Source of the DNA: an uncultured virus (IMG/VR IMGVR_UViG_3300044611_002008)
Taxonomy: Duplodnaviria > Heunggongvirae > Uroviricota > Caudoviricetes
Direction: 5' to 3' (one strand)
Length of the DNA: 64,000 nucleotides
IMG/VR virus record: IMGVR_UViG_3300044611_002008
Location: 1-64,000 of that record
Shown here piece by piece: positions 37,138-46,691 of this stretch. The position numbers and the translations under genes were made by a program. Each line of letters opens with the position of its first letter. Position 1 is the stretch's first letter. The notes below the pieces were generated by a model, which was given only the letters and a program-made list of their open reading frames with translations, did not search any database and was not told where the DNA came from.

Positions 37138-38127
37138 ATGAAAAGCGAACTTTCAAATTTTGTCAAATATTGTGTAGACCAAGGAGGTGGCTTATATCCA
37201 TTATTAGTATCTAGTAATGACATAATTGGACCATCATTAACTAATCCTTCTATTATTAATCTAAATGGACAATTATTAGTTAATTTACGTAATGTTAATT
37301 ATGTCCTATACCATGCTGAACACGGCATTAATGAACACGTATGGGGACCATTATGCTACTTACACACCGAACAACATCAAGTATTAGCAACCCATAATAT
37401 ACTTTGCGAATTAGATAGTAATCTAAATATAGTTTCTAATTCTATAGCGGACACTAAGAATCTAGACGCTAAGCCACTATGGGAGTTTATTGGACTAGAA
37501 GACTGCAGGCTGGTTCATTGGGATCAGAAATTATTTTTGAGCGGCGTGAGACGGGATACAACACCAAATGGTCAAGGAAGAATAGAACTATCGGAAATAG
37601 TTTCTGAACAAAATAGCTGGAAAGAAATTTCGAGACAAAGACTACCGGCTCCATATCCAGATAATTCATATTGTGAAAAAAATTGGATGCCCATTATGGA
37701 TAGGCCGTATCAGTATGTGAAATGGACAAACCCCACAGAAGTCGTGGAATATAATCCAGAAACTAAAGAGACTAAAACGGTTATTTTAACAGAATATCAA
37801 AATTTGAACACTAGAGATTTAAGGGGCGGTTCTCAGGTTATCCCCTATAAAGATTATTACTTAGCTATTGTTCATGAAGTAGACTTATTTAAGAGTGAAG
37901 CGGGTCGCAAAAATGCCACATATAGACATAGGTTTATTTTATGGGACAAGGACTTTAATCTACTTAGAGTATCTCCGTTGTTTGACTTTATGGGCGGAGA
38001 AATAGAATTCGCTTGCGGTATGACACGTTATAACAATCAAATATTAATAACTTTTGGGTTTCAAGACAATGCCTCTTATTTACTAGCTGTTAATACTACT
38101 ACTATAGACGAGATTATGGGATTATGA
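37138..38127 (+). CDS. Five-bladed beta-propeller carbohydrate-active enzyme (GH130 / beta-mannosyltransferase-like)
   Basis: Motifs NPSI, GLEDCRL, EKNWMP, LRGGSQ, YRHRF, IEFACG, ITFGFQD. Confidence 0.65.
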   Translation: MKSELSNFVKYCVDQGGGLYPLLVSSNDIIGPSLTNPSIINLNGQLLVNLRNVNYVLYHAEHGINEHVWGPLCYLHTEQHQVLATHNILCELDSNLNIVSNSIADTKNLDAKPLWEFIGLEDCRLVHWDQKLFLSGVRRDTTPNGQGRIELSEIVSEQNSWKEISRQRLPAPYPDNSYCEKNWMPIMDRPYQYVKWTNPTEVVEYNPETKETKTVILTEYQNLNTRDLRGGSQVIPYKDYYLAIVHEVDLFKSEAGRKNATYRHRFILWDKDFNLLRVSPLFDFMGGEIEFACGMTRYNNQILITFGFQDNASYLLAVNTTTIDEIMGL

Positions 38128-39368
38128 GAGAGTTATCAGATTATATAAAAGACCCCGACAATGATCTCAATAATTTTTATTTAGGTCTATTTTATGAGAA
38201 TCAGAACCACCACGCTCCCGCATCAGGTTTTTATTTGAGGTGTGCAGAAAAAACTTCTAGTATTGACTTACGATATGAGTCTTTATTAAGGATGTATCTA
38301 TGCTATAGAAATCTAGGAGGCAGAGACTATACATGTGAAACACTATTAAAACAAGCTATATCTTTGTGTCCACGCAAACCAGAAGCTTATTTTTTTCTCA
38401 CTCAATATTACGAAGCTAAATCAGATTGGTCTAGCATATATACCTATGCTAGTATATCTTTAGATATCTGCGAAGAGAAGTCGGTATTTTTTTCTACAAT
38501 AGAATTTCCTGATTTATATGCTTTGTTATTCCAGAAAGCGGCCTCGGCGTGGTGGATAGGAAAACCCCTAGAGGCAAGGAAATTATTTAAGGAGCTGTTT
38601 AATAATTATATTGATAAGATGACAGATAAGTATAAAACTTTATTAGAAAATAATTTATCTAGACTAGGTAGTGGCCCAGAGTCTCAGGCCATAAGACCAT
38701 ACAATAAAAATCTTAAAGATAACTTAAACTTTACTTTTAAAGGTATAGATTTAGTAGATCATAATTTTTCTCAAGTATATCAGGATATGTTTATACTGAC
38801 TGCCCTAAATGGCAAGCGTAATGGGTCATACTTAGAAATAGGCTCGTCCGACGCTTTAAAAAACAGCAATACCGCACTACTAGAGACCAAGTTTGATTGG
38901 ACAGGAATTGGTATAGAATTTAATCAGGACTTTGTTAACACCCATAAAAATCAAAGAAAAAACCCTGTATTATGTACGGATGCTCTGATCGTGAACTATG
39001 AGAAATTGTTAACTAAATATTTTCCAGGTCAAAACAATATAGATTATTTACAACTAGATATAGAGCCGCCCAAAAACACATATGAGGCCTTATTAAGTAT
39101 TCCTTTTGATAAATATAAATTTGCCGTAATAACATATGAGCACGATGACTATATAGATATATCTCGTTCATATAAACAAAAATCTAGAGAGTATTTACAG
39201 TCTCTGGGTTATATTTTAGTGGTCAATGACGTATCTCCCGATCAAAATAGTTCTTTTGAGGATTGGTGGGCTCACCCAGATTTAGTAGACATTGATATAA
39301 TAAAAGGGCTAAAATCTCAAATATCAGAAGATCTAAACCAAGTAGAACGAGTCTTTTTGCATAAATAG
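38124..39368 (+). CDS. TPR-repeat protein fused to FkbM-family SAM methyltransferase
   Basis: N-terminal TPR-like helices (AISLCPRKPEAYFFL). C-terminal SQVYQD...YLEIGS...NTALLE...WTGIGIE...IDYLQLDIE...ITYEHD...FEDWW. Confidence 0.75.
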   Translation: MRELSDYIKDPDNDLNNFYLGLFYENQNHHAPASGFYLRCAEKTSSIDLRYESLLRMYLCYRNLGGRDYTCETLLKQAISLCPRKPEAYFFLTQYYEAKSDWSSIYTYASISLDICEEKSVFFSTIEFPDLYALLFQKAASAWWIGKPLEARKLFKELFNNYIDKMTDKYKTLLENNLSRLGSGPESQAIRPYNKNLKDNLNFTFKGIDLVDHNFSQVYQDMFILTALNGKRNGSYLEIGSSDALKNSNTALLETKFDWTGIGIEFNQDFVNTHKNQRKNPVLCTDALIVNYEKLLTKYFPGQNNIDYLQLDIEPPKNTYEALLSIPFDKYKFAVITYEHDDYIDISRSYKQKSREYLQSLGYILVVNDVSPDQNSSFEDWWAHPDLVDIDIIKGLKSQISEDLNQVERVFLHK

Positions 39369-39384
39369 ACGCCGTTGATTATAT

Positions 39385-39401
39385 GGTGTATTTTTTATTA
39401 G
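39385..39401 (+). promoter_or_regulatory. GGTGTA upstream motif
   Basis: Intergenic GGTGTATTTTTTATTAG, 60 bp before the ATG at 39445. Confidence 0.55.
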
Positions 39402-39444
39402 ATGCTATCAAAACTTTGAACCCGTATATTTAAAAGGCTAATTT

Positions 39445-39966
39445 ATGAGCTGGCAAATAGAAATACCTATAATTGTTCGTACTCTGATTAATGATTTGGG
39501 AGATACGCCGGTTTATAGCGATGAAAGAATACAGCAGACTATAGCGGTCGCTGCTAAATACGTTCAATTCGACGTGGTATTAGACCATAAATATAATATT
39601 GACGTGGCTAATCCAAATATTAGCCCAGACCCAACTAGCGACCGAGATGAAATCTTTATTAGTTTGGTCAGTTTGAAGGCTGCTTGTATCATAGATCAAA
39701 GTGCTCTAAGAACCAAAGCCGCTTTGGAAGGCATAAGAGCCGCTCTTGGCCCTGCTAGCCTAAGTGTTGCGGGACAAAGCGCCGCGTGGAAAACAATAAT
39801 AGAGCATGGCCCATGCGCTTTATACGAAGAGCTTACTTCTCATTGGGATGTTAAAGAGGCCACAGCTATACGAGCTGTGCTTAGTCCGTTTGTGGGTAAT
39901 AATTTTGATCCAAGAAATATTAATTTCCATAATAACAGCGTTCGCAACAGAAACTTTTTTTCATAA
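39445..39966 (+). CDS. Putative head-tail adaptor protein
   Basis: VRTLINDL...YSDERI helical N-terminus like gp6/gp15 adaptors; first gene of the neck/tail block. Confidence 0.55.
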   Translation: MSWQIEIPIIVRTLINDLGDTPVYSDERIQQTIAVAAKYVQFDVVLDHKYNIDVANPNISPDPTSDRDEIFISLVSLKAACIIDQSALRTKAALEGIRAALGPASLSVAGQSAAWKTIIEHGPCALYEELTSHWDVKEATAIRAVLSPFVGNNFDPRNINFHNNSVRNRNFFS

Positions 39967-39975
39967 GAATAAACT

Positions 39976-40893
39976 ATGGCAGCTATTACTTACGACTTCA
40001 ATATAGAGCAAGGGTCTTATTACGAAATTACATTTGTCTATCAGGACCCTAATGGTAATCCTGTAGATATATCCGACTGGTGCGCCGTACTCCAGTGGAC
40101 AGACTCGAATAATAATAGGACAGTATTTAGTAATAGAAATAAAAATTTAAATTATGACTTATCTACTTATTCGGATGGCAGGATAACATTTAGTCTACCG
40201 GCTACTACAACGAATACATACTCTTTTGATTTTGCTTTATACGATCTGGATCTTCAAGAACCCAATGAGCAATATCAGGGTAGCGGCTATAGAACTTTTA
40301 GATTGTCTACAGGAAGGGCGTTTATTATAAGAAGATCTAACCCCCAAGAACTAATCACCAACTGTATAGATTTACCATCAACAGAATCTGTATGTCCAAC
40401 AGAATGCTTATCAACAGATATTTATGCTGTTAAATATTCTGGTGGAGGCATTAATATTCCAGATAATGGATCAGCCTCTTCGACTATACAAATAACAGAC
40501 ACCAGAACCATCGAGAATATAGAACTAGCAATCAACGGGTTGGTGCATAAAAATCCACAAGATCTAGTCTTTGTTTTAGTTCCACCAACAGGGTCGTCTA
40601 TTCTACTGTCGGCAAATCAAAAAATTAAAAATTATAGACCAGGATTCAATTATATTATTTCTGATTCCGCTCCTGCGGATGCCTACTTACATAATATAAC
40701 TAATAATAGTAAATGTAGAATTTATGATAAGACACAGATTATCAATTCTGATTCCCCGTTGGTCCCCTCCTTTGTCCATCTGCAAAACCAGCTGGCTAAT
40801 GGAACCTGGGAATTGTTAATTGAAGATACCGATCCAAGCGAGTCCGGCAGTATCGTTTCTTGGACCCTGATAGTCACATATCATTCAGAATAA
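39976..40893 (+). CDS. Ig-like adaptor domain fused to proprotein-convertase P-domain
   Basis: N-terminus paralogous to 8378..8782. C-terminus IPDN...STIQI...H....DLVFVLVPPTG...NGTWELLIED....SGSIVSWTL matches the P-domain pattern. Confidence 0.72.
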   Translation: MAAITYDFNIEQGSYYEITFVYQDPNGNPVDISDWCAVLQWTDSNNNRTVFSNRNKNLNYDLSTYSDGRITFSLPATTTNTYSFDFALYDLDLQEPNEQYQGSGYRTFRLSTGRAFIIRRSNPQELITNCIDLPSTESVCPTECLSTDIYAVKYSGGGINIPDNGSASSTIQITDTRTIENIELAINGLVHKNPQDLVFVLVPPTGSSILLSANQKIKNYRPGFNYIISDSAPADAYLHNITNNSKCRIYDKTQIINSDSPLVPSFVHLQNQLANGTWELLIEDTDPSESGSIVSWTLIVTYHSE

Positions 40894-40896
40894 TCA

Positions 40897-41088
40897 ATGA
40901 ATTATAACATAGCGCTATTTAAAAAATACGGATTAGTTGTTGTGAGTCAAAACTTGATACCGGTTCTGATTGACACCATAGCAAATAAGATAACTATACA
41001 ACGCAATATAATATTAGAACCTAAATACGCAACAGAGGAGCGGATCTCTGTGATTAAGTCGGACAATACCATTCCTTTGAAGCAATAA
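40897..41088 (+). CDS. Small hypothetical protein
   Basis: 63-aa ORF that exactly fills the gap between co-oriented genes. Confidence 0.55.
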   Translation: MNYNIALFKKYGLVVVSQNLIPVLIDTIANKITIQRNIILEPKYATEERISVIKSDNTIPLKQ

Positions 41089-41107
41089 TAAATAGAAAAG
41101 ATTTATT

Positions 41108-42484
41108 ATGGTACAATTCATAAATACACCCGACACCATTAGCTGTAACAGTATCTCTCTGTTTAGAAATTCTACTCCTAATACCTATACCTTTAACATG
41201 GATCTAGGATCGGGAGTTGGTCCTATAACCATTAATTATCATGCTAATCCTCCATGTGCGAGCGGAGAACTAAATTGCGGAACCTCGTTCGGAGATCCAG
41301 AGCTGGCAGTACCCGACAAATTTACTGTGATATGGAATGGACAGAGCGTTACTAGTGGGTATAGGGGAGGTAGCGCATTCAACACCTCTCTTACAAACAA
41401 GTTATTAGAGTTAGGCAGGCCGGTAGAAAATATATCCGGAAATGGTATTGGTTCGATCATACTAAACAAATCTTCTGCCGCACCCAATACCGCTACGTTA
41501 GTTGTAGATAGCCCTATTATATCTGTCAGATGGTCTGTGGAAGTTCTGTGTGCTGGTCCTACGCCTACACCAACCATTACTAGCTCTAACACTCCTACCC
41601 CAACACCGACCGTTACTCGTACCAGTACCGCTACCCCTACCCCTTCAATCACCAGTACGGCAACCAGTACCGCCACCCCCACCCCGTCCATAACCAGTAC
41701 TGTTACTAGTACCGCTACTCCTACACCTTCTATAACCGGTACGGTTACCAGTACGCCAACACCAACCGTTACCCATACCGGTACCGCTACTCCTACTCCT
41801 TCGATAACTAGTACTGTTACAGCTACGCCGACAGCGACCCCTACTGTAACACCATCTCCTACCGTTACAGTTAGTCCTTCTAATAATGTAATTATACCGC
41901 CACATAGAAAATTACAAACACCAAAATTAAGCAGCGATTTATCATGCGGGACCGGGATCTTTTCCGGTTTACTAGGAGATGAGTTTCAAAGTCTTTTTAA
42001 TAACGCTATAGACTCCTTATTAAATATTAATGCGTTATCTGTTCCTTGTATACTAAGATACGCCAACGCGTCTCAACAAAATAATTTATGTAATAATTGT
42101 ATTTATAGCACAACAACCCGCTCGTCATCTGGCAAATATTTGATAGGCGGTCCCGTACCATTTGCTGATGGGTCAGTATGTCCTATATGTGCTGGGAACG
42201 GTATTATTTCTAATTCCACTAGCGAAGAAATCGTTAATATGATGGTTATTTTCGATAGCAAATATTTTATGAATTGGTCTAATAAAAATACTAATATAGT
42301 CGAAGGCATGGCTCAGTCCATATCATGTATTAGTCTATTGCCTAAACTAAGAAATGCTAGCGAAGTTATTTTTGATAAAGATATTAGCGCATTAGGTCAT
42401 TATCGTTACGAAAGATATTCTGATCCCCAACCGGCTGGATTAGGACACAATAAATACGTTTTTACGATGTGGAAAAGAAAATGA
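41108..42484 (+). CDS. Putative neck/head-closure protein with N-terminal beta domain and Thr-Pro stalk
   Basis: N-terminal VPDKF...SGYRG domain, ~105-aa T/P/S repeat, C-terminal domain with CNNC and CPIC; sits between adaptor and tail-completion genes. Confidence 0.55.
   Translation: MVQFINTPDTISCNSISLFRNSTPNTYTFNMDLGSGVGPITINYHANPPCASGELNCGTSFGDPELAVPDKFTVIWNGQSVTSGYRGGSAFNTSLTNKLLELGRPVENISGNGIGSIILNKSSAAPNTATLVVDSPIISVRWSVEVLCAGPTPTPTITSSNTPTPTPTVTRTSTATPTPSITSTATSTATPTPSITSTVTSTATPTPSITGTVTSTPTPTVTHTGTATPTPSITSTVTATPTATPTVTPSPTVTVSPSNNVIIPPHRKLQTPKLSSDLSCGTGIFSGLLGDEFQSLFNNAIDSLLNINALSVPCILRYANASQQNNLCNNCIYSTTTRSSSGKYLIGGPVPFADGSVCPICAGNGIISNSTSEEIVNMMVIFDSKYFMNWSNKNTNIVEGMAQSISCISLLPKLRNASEVIFDKDISALGHYRYERYSDPQPAGLGHNKYVFTMWKRK
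41558..41880 (+). repeat. Thr-Pro mucin-like coding repeat (42-bp unit TSTATPTPSITSTx)
   Basis: About four recognisable 14-aa units within a longer T/P/S tract. Confidence 0.85.
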
Positions 42485-43125
42485 AAATTTCTCTCGCCCT
42501 ATTAGAAACAAATAGTGAAATTAATAAGTCTATATTATCTGGCATAGCAGATCATATGAGAGAGACTATGGTTAAGTCTCAACCATCTATATTGGAAGAT
42601 ATTCGCGGTTTGATAAGAGATGCTTTGAAACAAGAACCAGAATACTCATCCTTAACAAGCGGTAAGCTACGAGCAGAGTTAGGTATTCCAAATCCGTCGA
42701 TAGTGGATTCTATTGTCAACAAAATAGCAGACACAGTTACTATATCTATGAATCCTGTTAGGGCTACAAATAGAGGCGTTTTAGGCGGATTCACATTAAC
42801 TGCCATATCTTCTCTAGATATCGGGGGTTTGATAGGAGATCCCGACGCTTTTGTTCAGGATAGCTTAAATGGTTATTCTTTACCTTGGCTAGAATGGCTC
42901 ATGCTAAGAGGTACTTCTGAGATAGTTAAAAATTATACCGTTGATATGACATCGAATCCTAATTCCAGAAGCGGTATGGCACTGATGGTTACAGATACTA
43001 ATTCGTGGAGAGTCCCTTCTGAATTTGCGGGAGTCGCAGAGAATAATTGGTCTACTAGAGCAATAGAGCGCATTGAAAAAAATATACCCACCACTATTCA
43101 AACACATATTGAAAAGAATTTATGA
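42481..43125 (+). CDS. Putative neck/tail completion protein (probable start 42481)
   Basis: ATGA overlap; LPWLEWL...SRSG.ALM...NNWSTRA; call rests mostly on position. Confidence 0.5.
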   Translation: MKISLALLETNSEINKSILSGIADHMRETMVKSQPSILEDIRGLIRDALKQEPEYSSLTSGKLRAELGIPNPSIVDSIVNKIADTVTISMNPVRATNRGVLGGFTLTAISSLDIGGLIGDPDAFVQDSLNGYSLPWLEWLMLRGTSEIVKNYTVDMTSNPNSRSGMALMVTDTNSWRVPSEFAGVAENNWSTRAIERIEKNIPTTIQTHIEKNL

Positions 43126-44057
43126 CAAATCTATTTCATAATATTTCAGATATATCGTCTTCTCCTTCTATATCTACATTAGAAGAGAATATAAAACTAT
43201 TTTTAGATTATGCCTTATTAGAAATTGGCGGATTTATCAATATTAATAAGCCATCATCTGGCGCTCAAACTCAAGGTCTTCATATCTTAAACTATGTTAA
43301 TGACCCAGCTATGCTAGGCAGGGTTTGGGAATCTAATAAAAAAGATTGGGTATATGAAACCGAAGTGGCTTATAATGGCGTTTCCCCCAATAGTCCGTCC
43401 GGAATTTATATAAATGACACATTTGTTCCCATAACCGACACAGGTCCTTTCTCATATAAGATTAACTATCCTTTGGGTAGAGTTGTTTTTAATAGTCCCA
43501 TGAGCACTAGTCTAAAGGTTGAAGCAAGCTATTCGTATAGATATATTCAAACCTATATACCCGACAATGCCCCATGGTTTAAAGAAATACAAAAACAGTC
43601 TTTTGACAAATCTCAGTTTCAATTTTTTGGCGATAGTTTCATAACAGCAAATCATAGGGTTCAACTACCTTGCATAATTATAGAACTAGCCCCTAGAACT
43701 ATTCTAGCTCCATATGAACTAGGAAATGTTAAAAACTATATTACTCAAGACGTATTATTCCATATTCTAACAGAAAATACTAATAAGTCTAAAAATATAG
43801 CCGATTTATTGTTAATGCAAAAAGATAATACTTTCAATCTACTAAATCTGAGAAAAATAGCTATTGATAACCTTTCTGATGTAGATTATATCGGCCAAAA
43901 AAATCCAAATAGACAGGCATATAGACTATTGTCTGAAAATATTAATTATATTACTAATAAATGCATTATAAAAAACTCTACTATAAATGGGTTTTCTTCG
44001 TTGACTAGTAATTTATATAGCACATTAGCAAGATGGACCATAGAGATTTTCCCCTGA
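43122..44057 (+). CDS. Putative tail terminator protein
   Basis: Directly before the tail tube gene; VQLPCIIIE...PYELG...QDVLFHIL pattern. Confidence 0.5.
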   Translation: MTNLFHNISDISSSPSISTLEENIKLFLDYALLEIGGFININKPSSGAQTQGLHILNYVNDPAMLGRVWESNKKDWVYETEVAYNGVSPNSPSGIYINDTFVPITDTGPFSYKINYPLGRVVFNSPMSTSLKVEASYSYRYIQTYIPDNAPWFKEIQKQSFDKSQFQFFGDSFITANHRVQLPCIIIELAPRTILAPYELGNVKNYITQDVLFHILTENTNKSKNIADLLLMQKDNTFNLLNLRKIAIDNLSDVDYIGQKNPNRQAYRLLSENINYITNKCIIKNSTINGFSSLTSNLYSTLARWTIEIFP

Positions 44058-44069
44058 TTTGATTTTTTA

Positions 44070-44086
44070 GGTGTATTTGATTATTG
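44070..44086 (+). promoter_or_regulatory. GGTGTA upstream motif
   Basis: Intergenic GGTGTATTTGATTATTG, 48 bp before the tail tube ATG. Confidence 0.6.
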
Positions 44087-44117
44087 ACCAAGCCAAAATT
44101 AACATGGAGATATTCAA

Positions 44118-45116
44118 ATGAGTAATAAAAGAATTTTTTACGCTTGCCAGGCAATCGAAATTCAGCCAATAGCCGCAAATGGTACAACAAGTACAGCTGT
44201 TAAGCCCAAGGGTGTACAGAGCGTTGGAATGAACACCAACTTCAATCTCGAAAAGATCTTCCAGCTTGGTCAAATCGATCTTTATGATAATATCGAGAAC
44301 AATCCCGAAGTTGAAATCACAGTCAATAAAGTATTTGACGGAACCGTACCTGTTTATCTTTTAGCGATGGGTGGCGGTCAGGTAGAGGGCAATATAGGCG
44401 ATTTTGCCAACAACAGAGCAAATGTTAAGCTTGGCATCTATAGTGATACCGGCGCCCTAGCTAGTGGCACAGCACAGCACACAGTAACATGCACAGGCAT
44501 GTATGTTTCCAGTGTTGGTTTTACCTTCCCAACCGATGGTAATGCTACAGAAGATGTTACCTTAGTTGGCAACAGTAAGACTTGGAGCGCTGGTGGTCTC
44601 AGTGCTTTCGTACCAAGTTCCGGCCCATACACAGCCCCAGCCACAGCTCGCAGATGGAAGTTCAATAGAGCAGAGAGCGTATTTCCTACTGGCGCAGGTG
44701 GTATAGGTAGTACCGCTCCTATTCAAAGCGTATCAGTAAATGCTGACTTTGGTAGAGAGTCTATTTACGAACTTGGTTCGTATACTCCATATCATAGATA
44801 CGTCAATTTCCCCGTTGAAGTCACTTCGGAAATTGAGGTTCTTGCTACTACTGGTGATTATTTAAACATCAGCGAAGCCACATATTCCTGCACCGGAACA
44901 GGAGAGGGTAGAGTACAAGATAAAGAAATTAAATTTGTTATTTGCGGTAGTGGCACAGGAGATAATCTAACTATCGATCTTGGCAAGAAAAACAAGATCA
45001 CTTCTGTAAACTATCAAGGTGGAGATACTGGTGGTGGTAATGCTACAATTACTTATAGCTTTACTACAGATAACTACCTTAAGGTCACAGCAAACGGCAC
45101 CTTCGAGTCTGTTTAA
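44118..45116 (+). CDS. Major tail tube protein
   Basis: GGAG RBS; two similar halves (VQSVG...EKIFQLG / IQSVS...ESIYELG), beta-rich; precedes chaperones and TMP. Confidence 0.75.
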   Translation: MSNKRIFYACQAIEIQPIAANGTTSTAVKPKGVQSVGMNTNFNLEKIFQLGQIDLYDNIENNPEVEITVNKVFDGTVPVYLLAMGGGQVEGNIGDFANNRANVKLGIYSDTGALASGTAQHTVTCTGMYVSSVGFTFPTDGNATEDVTLVGNSKTWSAGGLSAFVPSSGPYTAPATARRWKFNRAESVFPTGAGGIGSTAPIQSVSVNADFGRESIYELGSYTPYHRYVNFPVEVTSEIEVLATTGDYLNISEATYSCTGTGEGRVQDKEIKFVICGSGTGDNLTIDLGKKNKITSVNYQGGDTGGGNATITYSFTTDNYLKVTANGTFESV

Positions 45117-45178
45117 TTTTTGGTTGATTCTAGTCGGTTATATAGGAATAAAAGGACGGACATTTATTAGGAGAATGT

Positions 45179-45322
45179 ATGGAAGAACTATTTCAGATTA
45201 TAGGACGACTATATACCGATATGTATAATATGCAAAAGTATATGGAAGTATTACAGAATAAACTTAAAGAACAGGAACAGGAGCTTCTGGCGCTTAAAAA
45301 TAAGGGCGCGCAAAACGACTAG
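45179..45322 (+). CDS. Small coiled-coil protein, 47 aa (not in ORF track)
   Basis: AGGAG at 45169-45173; MEELFQIIGRLYTDMYNMQKYMEVLQNKLKEQEQELLALKNKGAQND*; stop lies 4 bp before the next gene. Confidence 0.75.
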   Translation: MEELFQIIGRLYTDMYNMQKYMEVLQNKLKEQEQELLALKNKGAQND

Positions 45323-45326
45323 ATAA

Positions 45327-46364
45327 ATGATTGATCCGGATATTGCTTTATCTTTATATAGAATTTTTACTGGGGCCCTATTTTTTTATTATGGTGGAGA
45401 GCAGTACGAACTAAGGTCTCCATCCAAAGAGATAAGATATAAAGCAGAGTTGTTATATAATAATATAATTAATGAAGAAAAATTTCATAATTGGATTAGA
45501 GAAGAGAATCTTATTCCGACTATGATATCGTTAGGCGTTTGGCATATGAATACAGATAATTTGATCAAACAGCTAGAGAATAAATTAGATGCGTTAAAAG
45601 TTGACCTATATACTGATAGATTAAAGACTAAAGAAACCGAGAATAATAGAAAAAAAATTAAAACAACTCATAAAGAAATAAATAAAATAAGCAACACCAA
45701 ACTAAATTTTCAGGCCAATACCCTAGAAGGATATGCCAGCTCTATAAAGAACGAATATATAATATGTTCAACTTTATATAAAAATAATAAAAGGGTTTTT
45801 TCTAATTCGCCCAAAGACTCAGCCTCGTATGTTCATTTTAATAATATAGTAAACGAAATTAATTCCTATGTACTCTCTGTATCAGATTATAAGTCCATAG
45901 CCAGAAGCGCTTTATGGAAATCTTATTGGAATTGTGGGAATAAAACATCGATATTTTGTAAGTATACTATAGACTTGACAGATGAACAAAGGTCTTTATT
46001 AAATATTAGTAGAATGTATGACAGTATATATGAGCATCCAGAATGTCCAGAAGATATTGTTATAGAAGATGACGATATGCTGGATGGATGGATGATTATC
46101 CAAAAGAAGAATAATGAACAGGCTAAAAAACAAAAATTAGGAAACAAAAACGCTAAGATAGAGAATGCTTCTGAAGTTTTTTTAATGACGGACGAACAGG
46201 ATATTGGAAAGGTATTAGATCTAAATACCGATCAATCAAAATTTGTATTACAGGAAAAACTAGGATATATCAATAGCAATAAAGGATCGGAAGTAGAAGA
46301 TTTTAATTTGCCGGATGTACAGAGAGACTTAATTACAAAAGCACAAAGCATGCGTAAACAATAA
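45327..46364 (+). CDS. Putative tail assembly chaperone (long form)
   Basis: Between tube and TMP; N-terminal half resembles 46681..47565; extra C-terminal YDSIYEHPECP...DDDMLDGW domain. Confidence 0.5.
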   Translation: MIDPDIALSLYRIFTGALFFYYGGEQYELRSPSKEIRYKAELLYNNIINEEKFHNWIREENLIPTMISLGVWHMNTDNLIKQLENKLDALKVDLYTDRLKTKETENNRKKIKTTHKEINKISNTKLNFQANTLEGYASSIKNEYIICSTLYKNNKRVFSNSPKDSASYVHFNNIVNEINSYVLSVSDYKSIARSALWKSYWNCGNKTSIFCKYTIDLTDEQRSLLNISRMYDSIYEHPECPEDIVIEDDDMLDGWMIIQKKNNEQAKKQKLGNKNAKIENASEVFLMTDEQDIGKVLDLNTDQSKFVLQEKLGYINSNKGSEVEDFNLPDVQRDLITKAQSMRKQ

Positions 46365-46376
46365 GAGAAAGTTTTT

Positions 46377-46691
46377 ATGAAAAATAAACAAGAGCTAATC
46401 AAATCTATAGAGAAAAGAATACAAACTACTATGATAGGGGCTTTGGCCAGATTCGAAGAGAATTTTGGTCATTTATGGAATACAGAAGAGGATTCTGATG
46501 AGGCCGAAAGATTTTGGACAATTTGGGAAAACACCAGAAATCAAGTTTTGAATAATGGTAATAATCAGTTGAGATCAGCTTTAGACGATTTGGGGAATTA
46601 TTTGTATAGCTCTGGCAAGCAAGATAAACACAAACATCCGTATCGATATAAATTCTATTTTAAAGATGGAGATAGCAGCAATGAAAACTAA
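46377..46691 (+). CDS. Hypothetical protein
   Basis: 104-aa helical ORF (TTMIGALARFEENFGHLW) in the tail operon. Confidence 0.7.
   Translation: MKNKQELIKSIEKRIQTTMIGALARFEENFGHLWNTEEDSDEAERFWTIWENTRNQVLNNGNNQLRSALDDLGNYLYSSGKQDKHKHPYRYKFYFKDGDSSNEN

Noticed and set aside
45019..45228. 69-aa ORF from the track overlapping the end of the tail tube gene
   Set aside because: Overlaps the tube gene out of frame; the RBS-supported 45179..45322 ORF explains the gap better.
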